Shown here piece by piece: positions 53,672 through 64,000 of a stretch of DNA of 64,000 nucleotides. The notes beneath the pieces are model-generated. The model was not told the DNA's origin, did no database searches, and saw only the letters and a list, made by a program, of their open reading frames with translations. Source of the DNA: an uncultured Chloroflexia bacterium. GTDB lineage: Bacteria > Chloroflexota > Anaerolineae > B4-G1 > SLSP01. How positions within the stretch are numbered: position 1 is the first letter of the stretch; each line of letters opens with the position of its first letter. Location: assembly GCA_963751345.1 (NCBI GenBank), contig CAVVUS010000030.1:160001-224000 (forward strand), given 5' to 3'. A program made the position numbers and the translations under genes.

Positions 53672-55031
53672 ATGAAACAGTACAAGTACCTACTGGATGA
53701 GAAGGATATGCCGACGCAGTGGTACAATATCCTGGCGGACATGAAGAACCCACCGCCGCCTTACTTGCACCCGGCGACGCTAGAAATCATGACGCCGGAC
53801 GATCTGGCCCCGGTCTTCCCTGCGGGCTGCATCGCGCAAGAGGCCAGTCGCGAGCGATATATCGATATTCCTGAAGAGGTCCAGGACATCCTCAGGACCT
53901 GGCGCCCGTCGCCCCCTGATCCGCGCGCACCGTTGGGAGCAAGCTCTCGACACGCCGGCAAAGATCTACTACAAGTGGGAAGGCGTCAGTCCGGCAGGCA
54001 GCCACAAGCCCAACACCGCCGTCGCGCAGGCCTATTACGCCAAGCAGGAAGGGCTGGAGGGCTTCGCCACCGAGACCGGTGCCGGACAGTGGGGCAGCGC
54101 GCTGAGCCTGGCGGGTGCCTACTTCGGCCTCAAGATCAAGGTCTTCATGGTGGCCATTTCCTACAAGCAGAAGCCCTACCGGCGCATCATGATGGAGACC
54201 TGGGGCGGTGAGGTCGTCCCGAGCCCCAGCTCCGAGACCCACGCCGGACGCGCGATCCTCGAACAGGATCCCGAGTCACCGGGAAGCCTGGGCATCGCCA
54301 TCAGCGAGGCGCTGGAATACGCGATGACCCACGATGGCTACAAGTACTCGCTGGGCAGCGTGGTCAACTTCGTGCTGCTTCACCAGACCGTCATCGGCCT
54401 GGAAGCCATGAAGCAGCTGGAGATGGCAGGGGACTATCCCGACATCCTGATCGGGTGTGCCGGCGGCGGCAGCAACGCCGCGGGCCTGATCTATCCCTTC
54501 ATGAAGGACAAGCTCACGGGCGACAAGCCCGATCTTCGGGCGATCTTCGTCGAGTCCACCGCGTGCCCGAGCATGACGCGCGGCAAGTATGCCTACGACT
54601 GGGGCGACACGGCCAAGACCGGCCCGGTCGCCAAGATGTACACCGTGGGCCACGGCTTCATCCCCGCGCCCGTGCACGCCGGTGGCCTGCGCTACCACGG
54701 CATGGCGCCCACCATCTCCGCGCTGCTCGACCAGGGTCTGGCGGAAGCCAGGGCCTACCACCAGATCGAGGTCTTTGATGCCGCCCACAGCTTCAGCGCA
54801 TCCGAGGGCACCATCGTGGCGCCCGAAACCGCGCACGCCGTCCGCGCCGCCTATGACGAGGCCATGATCTGCAAGGAGTCCGGCGAGGCCAAGGTCATCG
54901 TCTTCAACGCCAGCGGTCACGGCCACTTCGATCTCGCAGCCTACGACGCCTATCATCGCCAGGCGCTCGACGACTACCGGCTGGAGGAAGCCAAGCTCCA
55001 GGCCGCACTGGAGACCCTGCCGAACGTCTAG
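53672..55031 (+). CDS. trpB2: TrpB2 (TrpB-like PLP enzyme); frameshift near 53915
   Basis: [44 protein letters not shown]. Confidence 0.92.
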
Positions 55032-55045
55032 ACTCGGCGCTACGG

Positions 55046-55105
55046 AGACCTTTGGGGTTTTCCTGTAGAGTAAGCACCTGCTTGTGAAGAAAACCCCAAA
55101 GGTCT
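55046..55105. repeat. REP-like palindrome, copy 2
   Basis: Perfect 17-bp inverted repeat agacctttggggttttc / gaaaaccccaaaggtct. Confidence 0.75.
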
Positions 55106-55109
55106 TAAC

Positions 55110-55142
55110 AAGGCGCCCCTGCTCGACTGAGCGGGGGCGCCT
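55110..55142. terminator. Hairpin between trpB2 and prfA
   Basis: aggcgcccctgctc-gact-gagcgggggcgcct. Confidence 0.65.
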
Positions 55143-55160
55143 CTCTATCTCGAGTCAGGA

Positions 55161-56246
55161 TCAGGCGTCGACTTCCGACAGCCGCCGCGTCTGCTCGTCC
55201 AGCGAAAGCGCCTCGATGAAGGTATCGATGTCCCCTTCCATCACCGCGGGCAGGTTATAGGACGTCATGCCGATACGGTGGTCCGTGACGCGGTTCTGCG
55301 GGAAGTTGTAGGTCCGGATTTTCTCACTGCGCTCACCGGTGCCAACCTGGGACCGGCGGGCCACCTCGAGCTCCGAGATCTGCCGCTGGCGCTCCGCCTC
55401 GTAGAGGCGGGCACGCAGCACCCGCATCGCCCGCAGCTTGTTCTGAGTGAGCGAGCGCTCGCTCTCACAGGTCACGACCATCCCCGTCGGCTTATGCAGA
55501 ATGCGCACCGCCGTGTCGTTTTTCTGCATGTGCTGACCGCCCGGCCCGGAGGAACCGTACGTCGTCAGCTCGAGATCAATCGCATTGATGTTGACCTCGA
55601 CATCCTCCGCCTCGGGCAGCACGGCGACGGTCACGGTGGAGGTATGGATGCGCCCACTCGACTCCGTCACGGGCACCCGCTGCACGCGATGCACGCCACT
55701 CTCATACTTGAGGCGTGAGTAGGCCCCTTTCCCCTCGATGGAGAAGATCACCTCTTTGTAACCGCCAATCCCGGTGCGGTTTTCACTGATGAGCTGGGTT
55801 TTCCACCCGGATTGCAGCTCGGCGTAGCGCGTGTAGAGGCGGAAGAGCTCGGCAGCAAAAAGCCCGGCTTCGTCACCGCCGGCACCCGCACGGATCTCGA
55901 TGATGACATCCTTGTCATCGCGGGGATCCTTGGGCACGAGCATCACCCGCAGGCGATCCTCCAGCACCTCCCGGCGCTCGGAGAGCCGTGTCAGTTCGTC
56001 GCGTGCCATCTCGCGGAGTGACTCGTCCTCATCGGTCGTCATCTCCTCGGCACCCTCAATCTCCGTGAGGACCTCCGTATACTCGCGATAGGCGGACACC
56101 CGCTCCTCGAGCTCGGAGCGCTCGATAGCGTACTCCGTGACCTTCTCGTAGTCTTGCGCGACATCCGGATCTGCCATCAAGCGGGTCAACTCCTGGAACC
56201 GCTCCTCCAGCACATCCAACCTCTCCAGCATCTTCTGCGTATCCAC
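55161..56246 (-). CDS. prfA: Peptide chain release factor 1
   Basis: GAGGDEA, RVQRVPVT (PxT), GPGGQ, RTYNFPQ. Confidence 0.95.
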   Translation of the reverse strand: MDTQKMLERLDVLEERFQELTRLMADPDVAQDYEKVTEYAIERSELEERVSAYREYTEVLTEIEGAEEMTTDEDESLREMARDELTRLSERREVLEDRLRVMLVPKDPRDDKDVIIEIRAGAGGDEAGLFAAELFRLYTRYAELQSGWKTQLISENRTGIGGYKEVIFSIEGKGAYSRLKYESGVHRVQRVPVTESSGRIHTSTVTVAVLPEAEDVEVNINAIDLELTTYGSSGPGGQHMQKNDTAVRILHKPTGMVVTCESERSLTQNKLRAMRVLRARLYEAERQRQISELEVARRSQVGTGERSEKIRTYNFPQNRVTDHRIGMTSYNLPAVMEGDIDTFIEALSLDEQTRRLSEVDA

Positions 56247-56719
56247 TTAGACCGATCCCCTTACCAACATAGCAAACGGCCCGTCAATACGGACCGTCCG
56301 TTCGTCTAGAATAATGACCCTTCCCCGGTTGAACCGGGGCCGCCCCCGCAGCCCAACGATCACCGATGCGCTGCGGAACGGGACTTCAGACCTAATCTTA
56401 CCCCAATTCCGACGGATTTCCAGAATCATCTGAATCACGGATTCCACGGATACTTACACAGTGGTGCCGATGCGTAGCAGCTTTTCGGGAGTACCTTCTC
56501 GCCGCATATGTTCCAGGCGGATCTTGTCCCCAGTCTGCTGGGGCGTGATCCGCCTGGAACATGGGTGAGTGAGAGTCTATTCTCGAGAGTCTCTCTTGAT
56601 TCCGCACGAGTCGTCGTGCCCTCATCCTGAATCCACCCCACGTCGAACCTCGGTTTGCCGCTGCGAGGTCTGAGGCGTAGACTGGTCTCACTAACGCTTC
56701 CATACAGAATCGAGGTCCT

Positions 56720-57525
56720 GTGATGATCATCGAGTGGAACGCCCATATGTTCAGCGCCGATACGGCTCGCTATCCTTTTCACCCACGTGCCGCCTACTCC
56801 CCGGACCGGAGCAGCGCGCCGCGGATCCCCTGGCGGACTACCTCGTCCGTATGGCGAGGGAAGGCATCGACCGTGCCGTGCTCGTCCAGCCCGAGCCCTA
56901 CGGCGACGACCACCGCCTGGTCCTCGACTGTCTCAAGCGGGCGCCCGACCGGCTGTGGGGCACCAGCCTCTTCTATCCCCGCGATGCCGATGCCCCCGAC
57001 AAGCTGCGGGATCTGGTCCGCCGCGAGCCGCGTATCGTCGCTACGCGCTTTCACGCTCACCGGGGCAAGACCAACTACTTCGAGCGCTTCGACGAGCCCG
57101 GCGTCCTGGCGCTGTGGGACGCGGCGACTGAGTTGCGCCTGATCGTCGAGCTCCACATCGGCCCGGACTACGGCCGCCAGGTCGCCGAGGTCATAGAGGC
57201 CCATCCCGACACGCCCGTGCTGATCGATCACCTCGCCGAACCGCAGATGGGCACTGCCGTGGAGTACGCGAACATCCTGGCGCTGAGCCGCTACGACAAC
57301 GTCACCATGAAGCTCTCGGGGCTGGCACACTTCTCCGATGACGCCCCGCTCTACCTCGACGCCCGGCCCTTCACGCGCCTCGTCATCGACGCCTTCGGCC
57401 CGGATCACCTCGTCTGGAGCGACGGCACGCCGGCGATCGTAGACGCCCACCTCGATCGGGAATCAGAGGAAGCGCGCGAGAAGGTCAAGGGCGGGAACCT
57501 GGGCCGACTATTGAAGTCCTACTGA
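56720..57525 (+). CDS. Amidohydrolase family protein (Amidohydro_2); frameshift near 56810
   Basis: N-terminal NAH, GIDRAVLVQP..YG.D, LIDHL, KLSG, FGPDHLVWSD. Confidence 0.8.
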
Positions 57526-57532
57526 AACGCTT

Positions 57533-58957
57533 CTATTGTCTGAGGGCCAACGGCAGATACACAGAATAGTCATAGATCGGCCTGGTCACGTAGAGCATGG
57601 TGTCATCCACGTAGCCGGTGCTGACCTTGTGGTACCCGGGGTTCCAGTCCTGTGTCAGCCTGAACGCCACCTTGACGGGCTTGCCGGCGACGCTCGCCAG
57701 CTCGCCCGCGTCCAGCCTGTAGATGCGCTGCCGCCAGACTCCAGGATAGCTGTAGAAGTAGGCTAGCCCGAAGCACACGTCCACATACTCCGTCTGAAAG
57801 GTCCAATCCCAGATGCTCCCGCAGACGATGTCGTTATCGAAGTCGGGATCGAAGCTTACGCCCGTGATCCAGTAGCCGAGACTGACCTCCAGCGCATCCG
57901 CCGGAATCACCGCGTCCTGCCACACCCAGCACTCCTGGCCCGACAGCATGACCGACCAGGACCCACCGTGGGAGTAGGTACTCGAGAGGATGGGGGCGTC
58001 CTGCGTCTGCCAGCTCGCCCAGCCGCTCTCAAATCCAGGATTCTGTAGATTGTGAGTGGGTGTGGGCGTGAATGCCAGCACGGTCACCTCGGCATCGTCG
58101 GGGAACACGCCCACCAACGTCGAGTTCCCCGTGGTCGTGTTGGCGGTGCGCAGCTCCCCCCGGCCCGAGGATACGCCCACGTTGTAGGCAGCCAGGTACA
58201 GGACGCCGGAGCTCTCCTCGAAGTCCATCCCCTGCGCGTAATCGGCATCGAAACCGATACCCCCGACGACCGTCCCGGCGCCCGTGGCCGGATCGATCCG
58301 TACCAACGTATCGTTGGTGATGTCCATCCCGTACATCACGCCGGCGGCGTTGATAGCGATGTCGATAATCACCGAAGCGTTCGTGATCTGCCCTACAGCG
58401 GTCGCCGCGCCGGTTGACGTGTTCACGGTATACAGAGTGGAGATGACATCGTTTGTGGAAGAGGCATAGAGGATGCCGTCCGCTGTGCCGGTCGCGCCCG
58501 TCCAGACGTGCCCGGAAAGCGGCAAGCACGCACCGATCGTGGTCGTGATACCCGTGCGGGTGTTGAGCGTGTGCACTTCGTTGAGGTTGTAGTCAATCAC
58601 GAAGATCCGGCTGTAGTCCCTGCCGACGAAGTCGCCGGCGTAGTAGGCGCGTCCCTGGATACTGCCGACGTCAACCCACCTCCCGGGCACATCGACGTTG
58701 GGGATGTAACGCGCCCACTCGCCCGGGTAGAGCTCCAGCGCGAACGCCGCCCCACCTACGGAAGCAGACACGGACAAGACATCCGACGGCTGCGTGATCT
58801 CACCCGCACTGGAGCGCGTTACGGCGGAAGATTGTAGGTTAGGAGTCGTGTGGCTAGATGGAGGCAACGGATCAGCCGCAACAGAGGGGGATGGGTACAA
58901 AGTGAACAAGGCCAAAAAGATGACAACAGGGTAGAGCCGGCAGAACATGCGGGACAT
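57533..58957 (-). CDS. Secreted protein: beta-propeller-like repeats + CBM-like domain
   Basis: Signal peptide; repeated LYTVNTSTGAAT.VG units; LQNPGFESG; ends YSVYLPLALRQ. Confidence 0.75.
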   Translation of the reverse strand: MSRMFCRLYPVVIFLALFTLYPSPSVAADPLPPSSHTTPNLQSSAVTRSSAGEITQPSDVLSVSASVGGAAFALELYPGEWARYIPNVDVPGRWVDVGSIQGRAYYAGDFVGRDYSRIFVIDYNLNEVHTLNTRTGITTTIGACLPLSGHVWTGATGTADGILYASSTNDVISTLYTVNTSTGAATAVGQITNASVIIDIAINAAGVMYGMDITNDTLVRIDPATGAGTVVGGIGFDADYAQGMDFEESSGVLYLAAYNVGVSSGRGELRTANTTTGNSTLVGVFPDDAEVTVLAFTPTPTHNLQNPGFESGWASWQTQDAPILSSTYSHGGSWSVMLSGQECWVWQDAVIPADALEVSLGYWITGVSFDPDFDNDIVCGSIWDWTFQTEYVDVCFGLAYFYSYPGVWRQRIYRLDAGELASVAGKPVKVAFRLTQDWNPGYHKVSTGYVDDTMLYVTRPIYDYSVYLPLALRQ

Positions 58958-59064
58958 CAATAGCCTCCTTACACTGCAATTAGGGCATTGGTCACCAACC
59001 GCCTGGGTATCCTGACCTCGCTACTGTATATCAGAAACTCTAGACCGCCAGAAGGGGCACCTTC

Positions 59065-59121
59065 GTGTAATCTGAGATACGATAATTCGCCAGAAGCGTA
59101 TTATCGTAGTATAATTTACAC
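59065..59121. promoter_or_regulatory. Inverted-repeat operator overlapping the AbiE promoter
   Basis: gtgtaa-N7-tacgataattcgc / gcgtattatcgta-N7-ttacac; TATAAT at 59110. Confidence 0.7.
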
Positions 59122-59142
59122 ATATCGCGCCGGAAGTACAGG

Positions 59143-59988
59143 ATGAACCAAAAGGGATACGCACAGTCGCAGGGGATGACCCTGCTCAATCGTGTGGTTG
59201 AACAGGTCGGCCCGCTGTTCACTACAGCACAAGCTCGAGCAGCCATGCCAAGCCTGACGCCACAACGGGTAAACGCTGTCCTCAGCCAACTGGCCCAGGC
59301 AGGTTGGGTCGAACGCCTTAAGCGCGGCAGCTATGCAGTCACGACGCCTATCTTCGACGTCGAGGTCCACCCCTACGCCATCGCAGCCGCCTTGGTCTCC
59401 CCGGTAGCTATCAGCCATTGGTCGGCGCTGGCCCATCACAGTTTCACCACCCAAATCCCACCGATGGTCCAGGCATCGACCCCGGCGACCGTGGTCACCC
59501 CGGAAATGCGCCGAGGGGAGGCCTACCGACCCCGCGGACGGGCCACCTGGCGCGCCTTGGGGTTCGAGTTCGAGTTCATCCAGGTGCAGGAACATCAGTT
59601 CTTCGGCTTTGAAGAGATATGGGTGAGCCGCTGGCACCGCATCGCCATCACCGATCCGGAGCGCACTCTGCTCGATCTCTTCGCCGCCCCCCAGGTGTTC
59701 GGCTCGCTGCAGGTCGGGCTGGAGACGCTGGAAGCACAGTTGCATCACCTGAACCCCGAGAAGCTGTCGGCGTACGCACTACAATACGACGTGGGCGCTG
59801 TCATCAAGCGCCTAGGGTGGGCACTGGAAACCCTCGGCGCACCGGAACGCGCCGTCGCACCGCTCCGTGACTATCCCCTGCTTGCCTACTCACAACTCGA
59901 CCCTACCGCCCCATCTGGCGGGACGCCCATCGCGCGCTGGCATCTGCGCAACAACCTCCAGCCGGAGGCAGTGCATGCCCACGATTGA
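59143..59988 (+). CDS. Type IV TA antitoxin AbiEi
   Basis: wHTH L..L...GW.ERLKRG.Y, ISHWSAL..H, TDPERTLLD, KRLG. Confidence 0.85.
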   Translation: MNQKGYAQSQGMTLLNRVVEQVGPLFTTAQARAAMPSLTPQRVNAVLSQLAQAGWVERLKRGSYAVTTPIFDVEVHPYAIAAALVSPVAISHWSALAHHSFTTQIPPMVQASTPATVVTPEMRRGEAYRPRGRATWRALGFEFEFIQVQEHQFFGFEEIWVSRWHRIAITDPERTLLDLFAAPQVFGSLQVGLETLEAQLHHLNPEKLSAYALQYDVGAVIKRLGWALETLGAPERAVAPLRDYPLLAYSQLDPTAPSGGTPIARWHLRNNLQPEAVHAHD

Positions 59989-60856
59989 TCAATACCTGCG
60001 CACGGTCGCCCGTTCACACCCTGGCACGCCCTTCTGGATCCTGGAAAAAGACTACGCCCTGGGATATCTTTTATCTGGTATGGCACAGGTGGCAGCGCTG
60101 CATAGCGCCCTGGTACTGAAAGGGGGCACGGCGCTGCGCAAGTTCTACTTTGCCGACTATCGCTTCTCTGAGGATCTGGACTCTTCGGCCGTAGCGCAAC
60201 TACCCGACATAGACCTAGCCATGAGCGAGGCCGTGATGGCCACAGAGAAGCAACTACAAGCGCATGGACCCTTTGCCGTCACGCTGGAGCGATTGACGCT
60301 GCGAGAACCGCATCCCGGCGGGCAGGACGCTTACACCGTGCGGGTGCGCTTTCCGACCCATCGCGAAGCCCTGTGCCGCCTTAAGGTCGAGATCGCCTAC
60401 GATGAGGACGTGGCGCTGCCGGCAGTTATGCGTGGCCTCTTACACCCTTATCTCTATCCGCCTGAAGCGAGTTGGCGATGCTATCCGCTGGAGGAGATCG
60501 TCGCAGAGAAGTTGCGGGCCTTACTGCAGAGCCGCGCGCGGCTAGAGCAGCGAGGTTGGGGGGCCAGCCGCGTCTGTCGCGACGCCTACGATCTCTGGTA
60601 CATATTGGGTCACGAAACACTCGATACGACGCTGTTCCCTCATCTTCTAGACCGCAAGTGCGCCGTGCGCACTGTGACCTACGCTTCCACCACCAGCTTT
60701 TTGGTGCCTGCGCTGCAGGATGTGGCTCGAGCCGAATGGGCACGTCAGTTGCTACCCTTCGTGCCGAATGCCCCATCGGCCGACCGGGTCCTGACTGAAC
60801 TGAGCCATATGCTGCAATCCCTACCCCTGGATCCGCAAGAGAGCCGGGCAGAATAG
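59975..60856 (+). CDS. Type IV TA toxin AbiEii nucleotidyltransferase
   Basis: EKDY, LKGGTAL, RFSEDLD, EI.AEKLRAL, RDAYDL. Confidence 0.9.
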   Translation: MPTIDQYLRTVARSHPGTPFWILEKDYALGYLLSGMAQVAALHSALVLKGGTALRKFYFADYRFSEDLDSSAVAQLPDIDLAMSEAVMATEKQLQAHGPFAVTLERLTLREPHPGGQDAYTVRVRFPTHREALCRLKVEIAYDEDVALPAVMRGLLHPYLYPPEASWRCYPLEEIVAEKLRALLQSRARLEQRGWGASRVCRDAYDLWYILGHETLDTTLFPHLLDRKCAVRTVTYASTTSFLVPALQDVARAEWARQLLPFVPNAPSADRVLTELSHMLQSLPLDPQESRAE

Positions 60857-60912
60857 CGTGAGTCTGGGGGTAGCCGCTGGAGATCAGTTGCACTGACCTC
60901 CGGTGCCACCTC

Positions 60913-62012
60913 CTACACCGCCCGATGCCACAGCATCGACAGCGCGATGGCGGTCGCGGCCAAAGCCGCGGCCCCAAGGGCGAAGAACGCGCTGATCTCC
61001 AGCCGCTGCTTCTGCAGCACCACGTCGTTCGGCAGGCTGGCGAAGACGTCGTTGAGTTGTCCCGCGTCCTCGGCCCGGTAGTATTCCCCGCCGGTCAGGT
61101 CGGCCATCCCTTGCAGCGTGTCCTCGTCGAGGTTCAGGAAGCTGCGTCCACCACCACCGCCAAACCCGCCCCCACCCCCGAAGCCCCCTCTGCCGCCGAA
61201 CCGACCCCACCGCCAAAGCCCTCACCGAAGACATCGCTGCCCAATTGCCCGGGCTGGCACACCATCCGGCCCGGATTGGTCGAGCCAAACCCGATCGTGT
61301 AGATCCGCACCTGGCGGTCGGCGGCCTTCTGGGCGGCGTCCAGCGGCCTCGGGCCCTGGGTGTTGGCGCCATCCGTCAACACCACGATGATGTCCGATTG
61401 GTAGACATCGCTGCCCAGCGGCGAGGCACCCTCCTGCGAACTCAGATCCACGCCGCTGGGAGCGACCGCCGAGTTCACCTCAGAGATGGCGTCGATCGAC
61501 TTGAGCGTCGCGCTGCCGATCGCCGTGCCGATCGAGGTCGTGAGGTTGTCGATCGCATCCAAGAGCTCCTGTTTATCGTTGGTGGGCGGCACGACGATCG
61601 CCGCGAAGCCGGCAAATGCGACGATGCTGATCCGGGTGTCGTCCGCCTGGTCCTTGATGAAGGCGCGGGCGGCCTCCTGGGCCACCGCCAGCCGATTGGG
61701 GGAGACGTCGGTCGAGCACATACTTCGTGAGACGTCGATGGCCAGGATGATGGTGGTGCGGCTGAGCGGGACCTCGGTGACGGCCACGGGCCGGGCCGTC
61801 GCCGTCACGAGGAGGGCAACCGCCAGCACGAAGAGCGCAAACGGCAGGTGCTGTCGCCAGCGCGAGCGTTTGGGCAGCGCCTCACGGATGAGCGACAGGC
61901 TGGAATACCGCACGGCGAACTTGCGCTTGCGCCGCAGGATCCAGAGATAGAACGCGATCAGCAGCGGCACCAGCAGGAGCAGCAGGAGCAATCTCGGCCA
62001 TTGGAAACTCAT
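60913..62012 (-). CDS. VWA domain membrane protein (BatA-like); frameshift near 61140
   Basis: DVSRSM MIDAS, TAIG, LTDG, IYTIGFG, TGGEYY. Confidence 0.85.
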
Positions 62013-62998
62013 AGTGGCATTCTCCCAAACCAGAGCATCGACAGAATCCCGCCGGTGAGGAAGAGAAGAAGGCTCGCCCCCGCCACGATCGCCGTGATCT
62101 CCATCTTCTCCCCGCTGATCGTCAACTGCAGGTCGACGTTCTTGTAGATGGTCTGCAGGGCGTTGGCATCCTCGGCCCGGGTGTACGTGCCGTTGGTCAA
62201 ACCGGCGATCTCCTGCAGGGTCGCTTCGTCGAGCTGGGTCACCACGTTGTAGCCGTCGATCTGCAGGACGGCGCCTTCGGGGCTGCCGATCCCCACGGGA
62301 TAGATGCGAACGCCCGCCTGGGCCGCCAATTGCGCGACGGCGAGGGGATCGGGATTGGAGGTGTTCTCACCATCGGTGAGCATGAGCACCACGGCCGAGG
62401 GATAGCTGCCGATGTCCACCGCCGTCCCCGCTTCGAGATCCGCCGGGTCGATGGCCAGCGGCTCCCCGGCGATGGCGTTGAGCGAGGTGAAGATGCCCTG
62501 CGCCAGCGACGTCGCGCCCTGCGGCGCCAGGCGATCGATTGCCGTCAACAGCGCCGCCTGATCGTTTGTCGGGGGCTGCAGGATCAGCCCTCCGTTGCTG
62601 AAGGCGACCAGGCCGACCTGGACGGTGCTGGGCTGGTGCTCGACGAAAGCCGTGGCTGCCGCCTTGGCCGCCTCGAGCCGCGTCGGGTCGAGATCGTCCG
62701 CCGCCATGCTGTTGGACACGTCGATCGCCAGGATCACGGTGCCCGACACCCGCGGGAGATCGACGACCATCTCGGGACGAGACAGCCCGAAGAGCAGGAG
62801 CGTGAGGCCGAGCAGCGAGAACACCGCCGGGATCCGCCGCCAGCGGGCCGGGCTGCGCCCTCTTGCGTCGCGCACCACGCCCAACGGCCCCAAGTCGTCG
62901 GCCGCGCGCTGCCGCCGCCTGAGCAGCCTGAGATAGACCCCTACAAAGAGGGGCGCGAGCAGCAGCGCCATCAGCATCCAGGGCCAGATAAAGGTCAT
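62009..62998 (-). CDS. VWA domain membrane protein (BatA/B-like)
   Basis: DVSNSM, PTRLEAAK, LTDGEN, LDEATL. Confidence 0.88.
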   Translation of the reverse strand: MTFIWPWMLMALLLAPLFVGVYLRLLRRRQRAADDLGPLGVVRDARGRSPARWRRIPAVFSLLGLTLLLFGLSRPEMVVDLPRVSGTVILAIDVSNSMAADDLDPTRLEAAKAAATAFVEHQPSTVQVGLVAFSNGGLILQPPTNDQAALLTAIDRLAPQGATSLAQGIFTSLNAIAGEPLAIDPADLEAGTAVDIGSYPSAVVLMLTDGENTSNPDPLAVAQLAAQAGVRIYPVGIGSPEGAVLQIDGYNVVTQLDEATLQEIAGLTNGTYTRAEDANALQTIYKNVDLQLTISGEKMEITAIVAGASLLLFLTGGILSMLWFGRMPL

Positions 62999-63025
62999 AG
63001 CTCTCCGTAGGACCGGGCCAAGATC

Positions 63026-63980
63026 CTACCTCCTGCGTCGCTTCCGCATCGTGGCCATCCGCACGATGGCAGGGACCAGGTCCTCTTCCGTGGACATCGC
63101 GAAGAGATCCACGCCCGCCCGCTGAAGGTCCGCCTTGAGCGCGGCCTCACGCCGCTCCGCCGCCTCCTGGAAGCGGCGGCGAAAGCCCGGGTCGCCCGTG
63201 TCGACGTACAACTGCTCGCCGGTCTCGGCATCTTCGACCGCGATCAACCCGGCGTTGGGCAGCTCGGACTCGCGCGGATCCCACAGGCGGATGCCGACGA
63301 GTTCGTGTCGCCGGTTCAGGAGCGAGAGCGACCGCTGCCACCCCGGCTCGCTGATGAAATCGGAGATCACGAAGACGAGCGAGCGCCGTTTGAAGGTGTT
63401 GAGCCCGGCGAGGAGCAGCTCACTCAGGTCGGTCGTGCTCCGGGCAGGGGCGTCGGACTTCCGCAGCATCTCGTAGGTCAGGCGCAGGACGTGCGTCCGC
63501 CCGCTCCGCGGCGGAATCGTGCGCCCCACCCGGTTGTTGTAGAGGATCGCCCCCACGCGATTCCCGTTGCGCGTCAAAAGCCGCGCCAGCGTCGTCACCA
63601 GGTCGATCAGGACCGTCTCCTTGGAGCGATCCACCGGCCCGAAGCCCATCGACGGGCTGAGATCGAGCAGGAACCAGGAGGTGAGCTCCCGATCCTCAAC
63701 GTATTGCCGGACGTGGAGGCTGTTGGTCCGGGCAGTGACGTTCCAGTCGATGTGCCGGATATCGTCCTCTAGCTGATACTCGCGCAGGTCGGCAAAGTCC
63801 AGACCGTGCCCGTAGAAGAGCGTGCGATAGTCGCCCTGCAGCAGGCCGTCGAGCCTGCGGATGACGCGCCAGTCCAGCCGCTGCAGGATCCGCTCCGGCG
63901 CACGCCCACGCGTAGGCCCAGACGGGGCTTAGGCCCGGCGTGGGCTCAGTCTCGCGCGTAGCCTTACGCTCGGGCCGCAA
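63026..63980 (-). CDS. DUF58 family protein; start uncertain, frameshift near 63930
   Basis: In frame upstream of the ORF-track start: GLDFADLREYQ..DDIRHIDWNVTAR, DLSPSM; ISDF. Confidence 0.85.
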
Positions 63981-64000
63981 TGCGGGCGAGATCCCACTCA

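Overview
GC-rich bacterial chromosome segment, mostly housekeeping. Gene content and the C-terminal 'YLP' motifs on secreted proteins suggest Chloroflexota (Anaerolineae-like); this is inference. Core genes include pcrA, holB, tmRNA, glgP, rho, rpsB-tsf-pyrH-frr-uppS-cdsA, rpsT, proC, dnaE, sufCBD, prfA and four tRNAs. There is also a tryptophan locus (TrpP-like ECF transporter, Trp T-box, trpS, trpB2), an AbiE type IV toxin-antitoxin pair and the end of a DUF58/VWA operon. About 14 genes, including essential ones, are split by small frameshifts, which most likely reflects assembly indel errors. The most unusual items are: (1) a DnaJ / TM / catalytically dead sortase-like / DUF4352 fusion next to a secreted surface protein; (2) an Amt-family paralog lacking both pore histidines; (3) a tandem GerW/YtfJ-like pair, one with an 11-Cys repeat insert, behind a small protein resembling the RelA RIS region; (4) a membrane-anchored reductive-dehalogenase-like protein without rdhB; (5) a REP-like palindrome family, one copy beside a truncated ABC permease. 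No CRISPR array, prophage, integrase or transposase was seen. All family assignments come from motif recognition by eye, not database searches.
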